DNA from: Antedon mediterranea
Lineage: Eukaryota > Animalia > Echinodermata
Direction of reading: 5' to 3'
DNA: 64,000 nt
Assembly (NCBI RefSeq): GCF_964355755.1
Contig: NC_092677.1
Coordinates: forward strand, 16,700,101-16,764,100
The notes beneath the pieces were generated by a model. The model made no database searches, was not told the DNA's origin, and saw only the letters and a list, made by a program, of their open reading frames with translations. Both the position numbers and the translations under genes were made by a program. Positions within the stretch are counted from its first letter, which is position 1; the number at the start of each line of letters is the position of its first letter. Below are positions 63,315 through 64,000 of this stretch, piece after piece.

Positions 63315-64000
63315 TCAAAGTGTAAGTAATAATCTAAACTATAAGCCTACTCGACACAAATAATATCACGAAAGAGTATCATTACTATGTAATTTACTCT
63401 TCTCCTACCAAGCAGTTTCCAACACCCTATTATTCACCAGGAGGTATTTCCTTCTTGAAATTAAATCATCAAGATGGCAGTACGGAAAACATATATGATG
63501 TTTCCGGGTTAATGAAATTATTAGCGAGTCTATAAAGATATAAGAAAAACAAAGGGTATACCCCATCTGAATGTACACGTCATGCATAAAATATATTTGT
63601 TATAAATGATTTCCAACAAATTAAGTTACTTGTTTCATTATTTAGATAGATCATTTAGAAAAATATTCATCTTAAGTCTTTTCTTTTTAACAAGGAACCT
63701 AGTAAAAGTATTGTTAGGCGTTCTGTTCTTGGTAGGTTGCCATATACAAGTCAATTAATAAATACATTTTCTTTTCGTATTAGATAAAAAATAAATTAAA
63801 TTAAATTAGTCGCTTTAATATTGACGTCGAGTTTGGAGTTGTATATTCGTTTTTTAACATATCCTTATTTTTACAGCAACATTTTTCGCAGAACAACCTA
63901 TAGCTGAATTATTGTATGGTTTTACTGTTGTGTTGCCCTAAATCTGCTATCAGAACTCCAATGTAACGACCTATGCACTTATCTAGTTAGTCTTGATGAA

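Noticed and set aside
63405-63587. First AOAH coding exon
   Set aside because: No signal peptide or saposin start, and no phase-1 donor matching the next exon

Overview
AT-rich, intron-containing metazoan genomic DNA; the gene style suggests a marine invertebrate deuterostome, possibly an echinoderm (inference only). Three zones. (1) 1-16 kb: a small cluster of innate-immune-like LRR genes. One looks intact (5 coding exons, ~834 aa; tandem death-effector-like domains, TRADD-N-like domain, RI-like LRRs, no NACHT); two are broken paralogues, with CR1 and Gypsy debris and a DeuSINE. (2) ~18-46.8 kb: a gene-free mosaic of transposon fragments from at least eight families (DUF4806/EnSpm-like, BEL gag, a near-complete Gypsy with an HHDD reverse transcriptase, Gmr1-like pol, Sola, PNMA-like gag, DIRS recombinase, Mutator/Kolobok-like). 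Every fragment I could identify is on the + strand; most lack termini and are shortened by deletions, and they are amplified as two tandem arrays (~3.43 kb and ~1.63 kb units). (3) 47.6-64 kb: two minus-strand host genes, a divergent phosphoethanolamine N-methyltransferase-like gene and acyloxyacyl hydrolase, both transcribed toward the mosaic. Top hypothesis: the mosaic is a uni-strand, piRNA-cluster-like antisense memory of transposons. All domain and family calls come from motif recognition by eye, not database searches.
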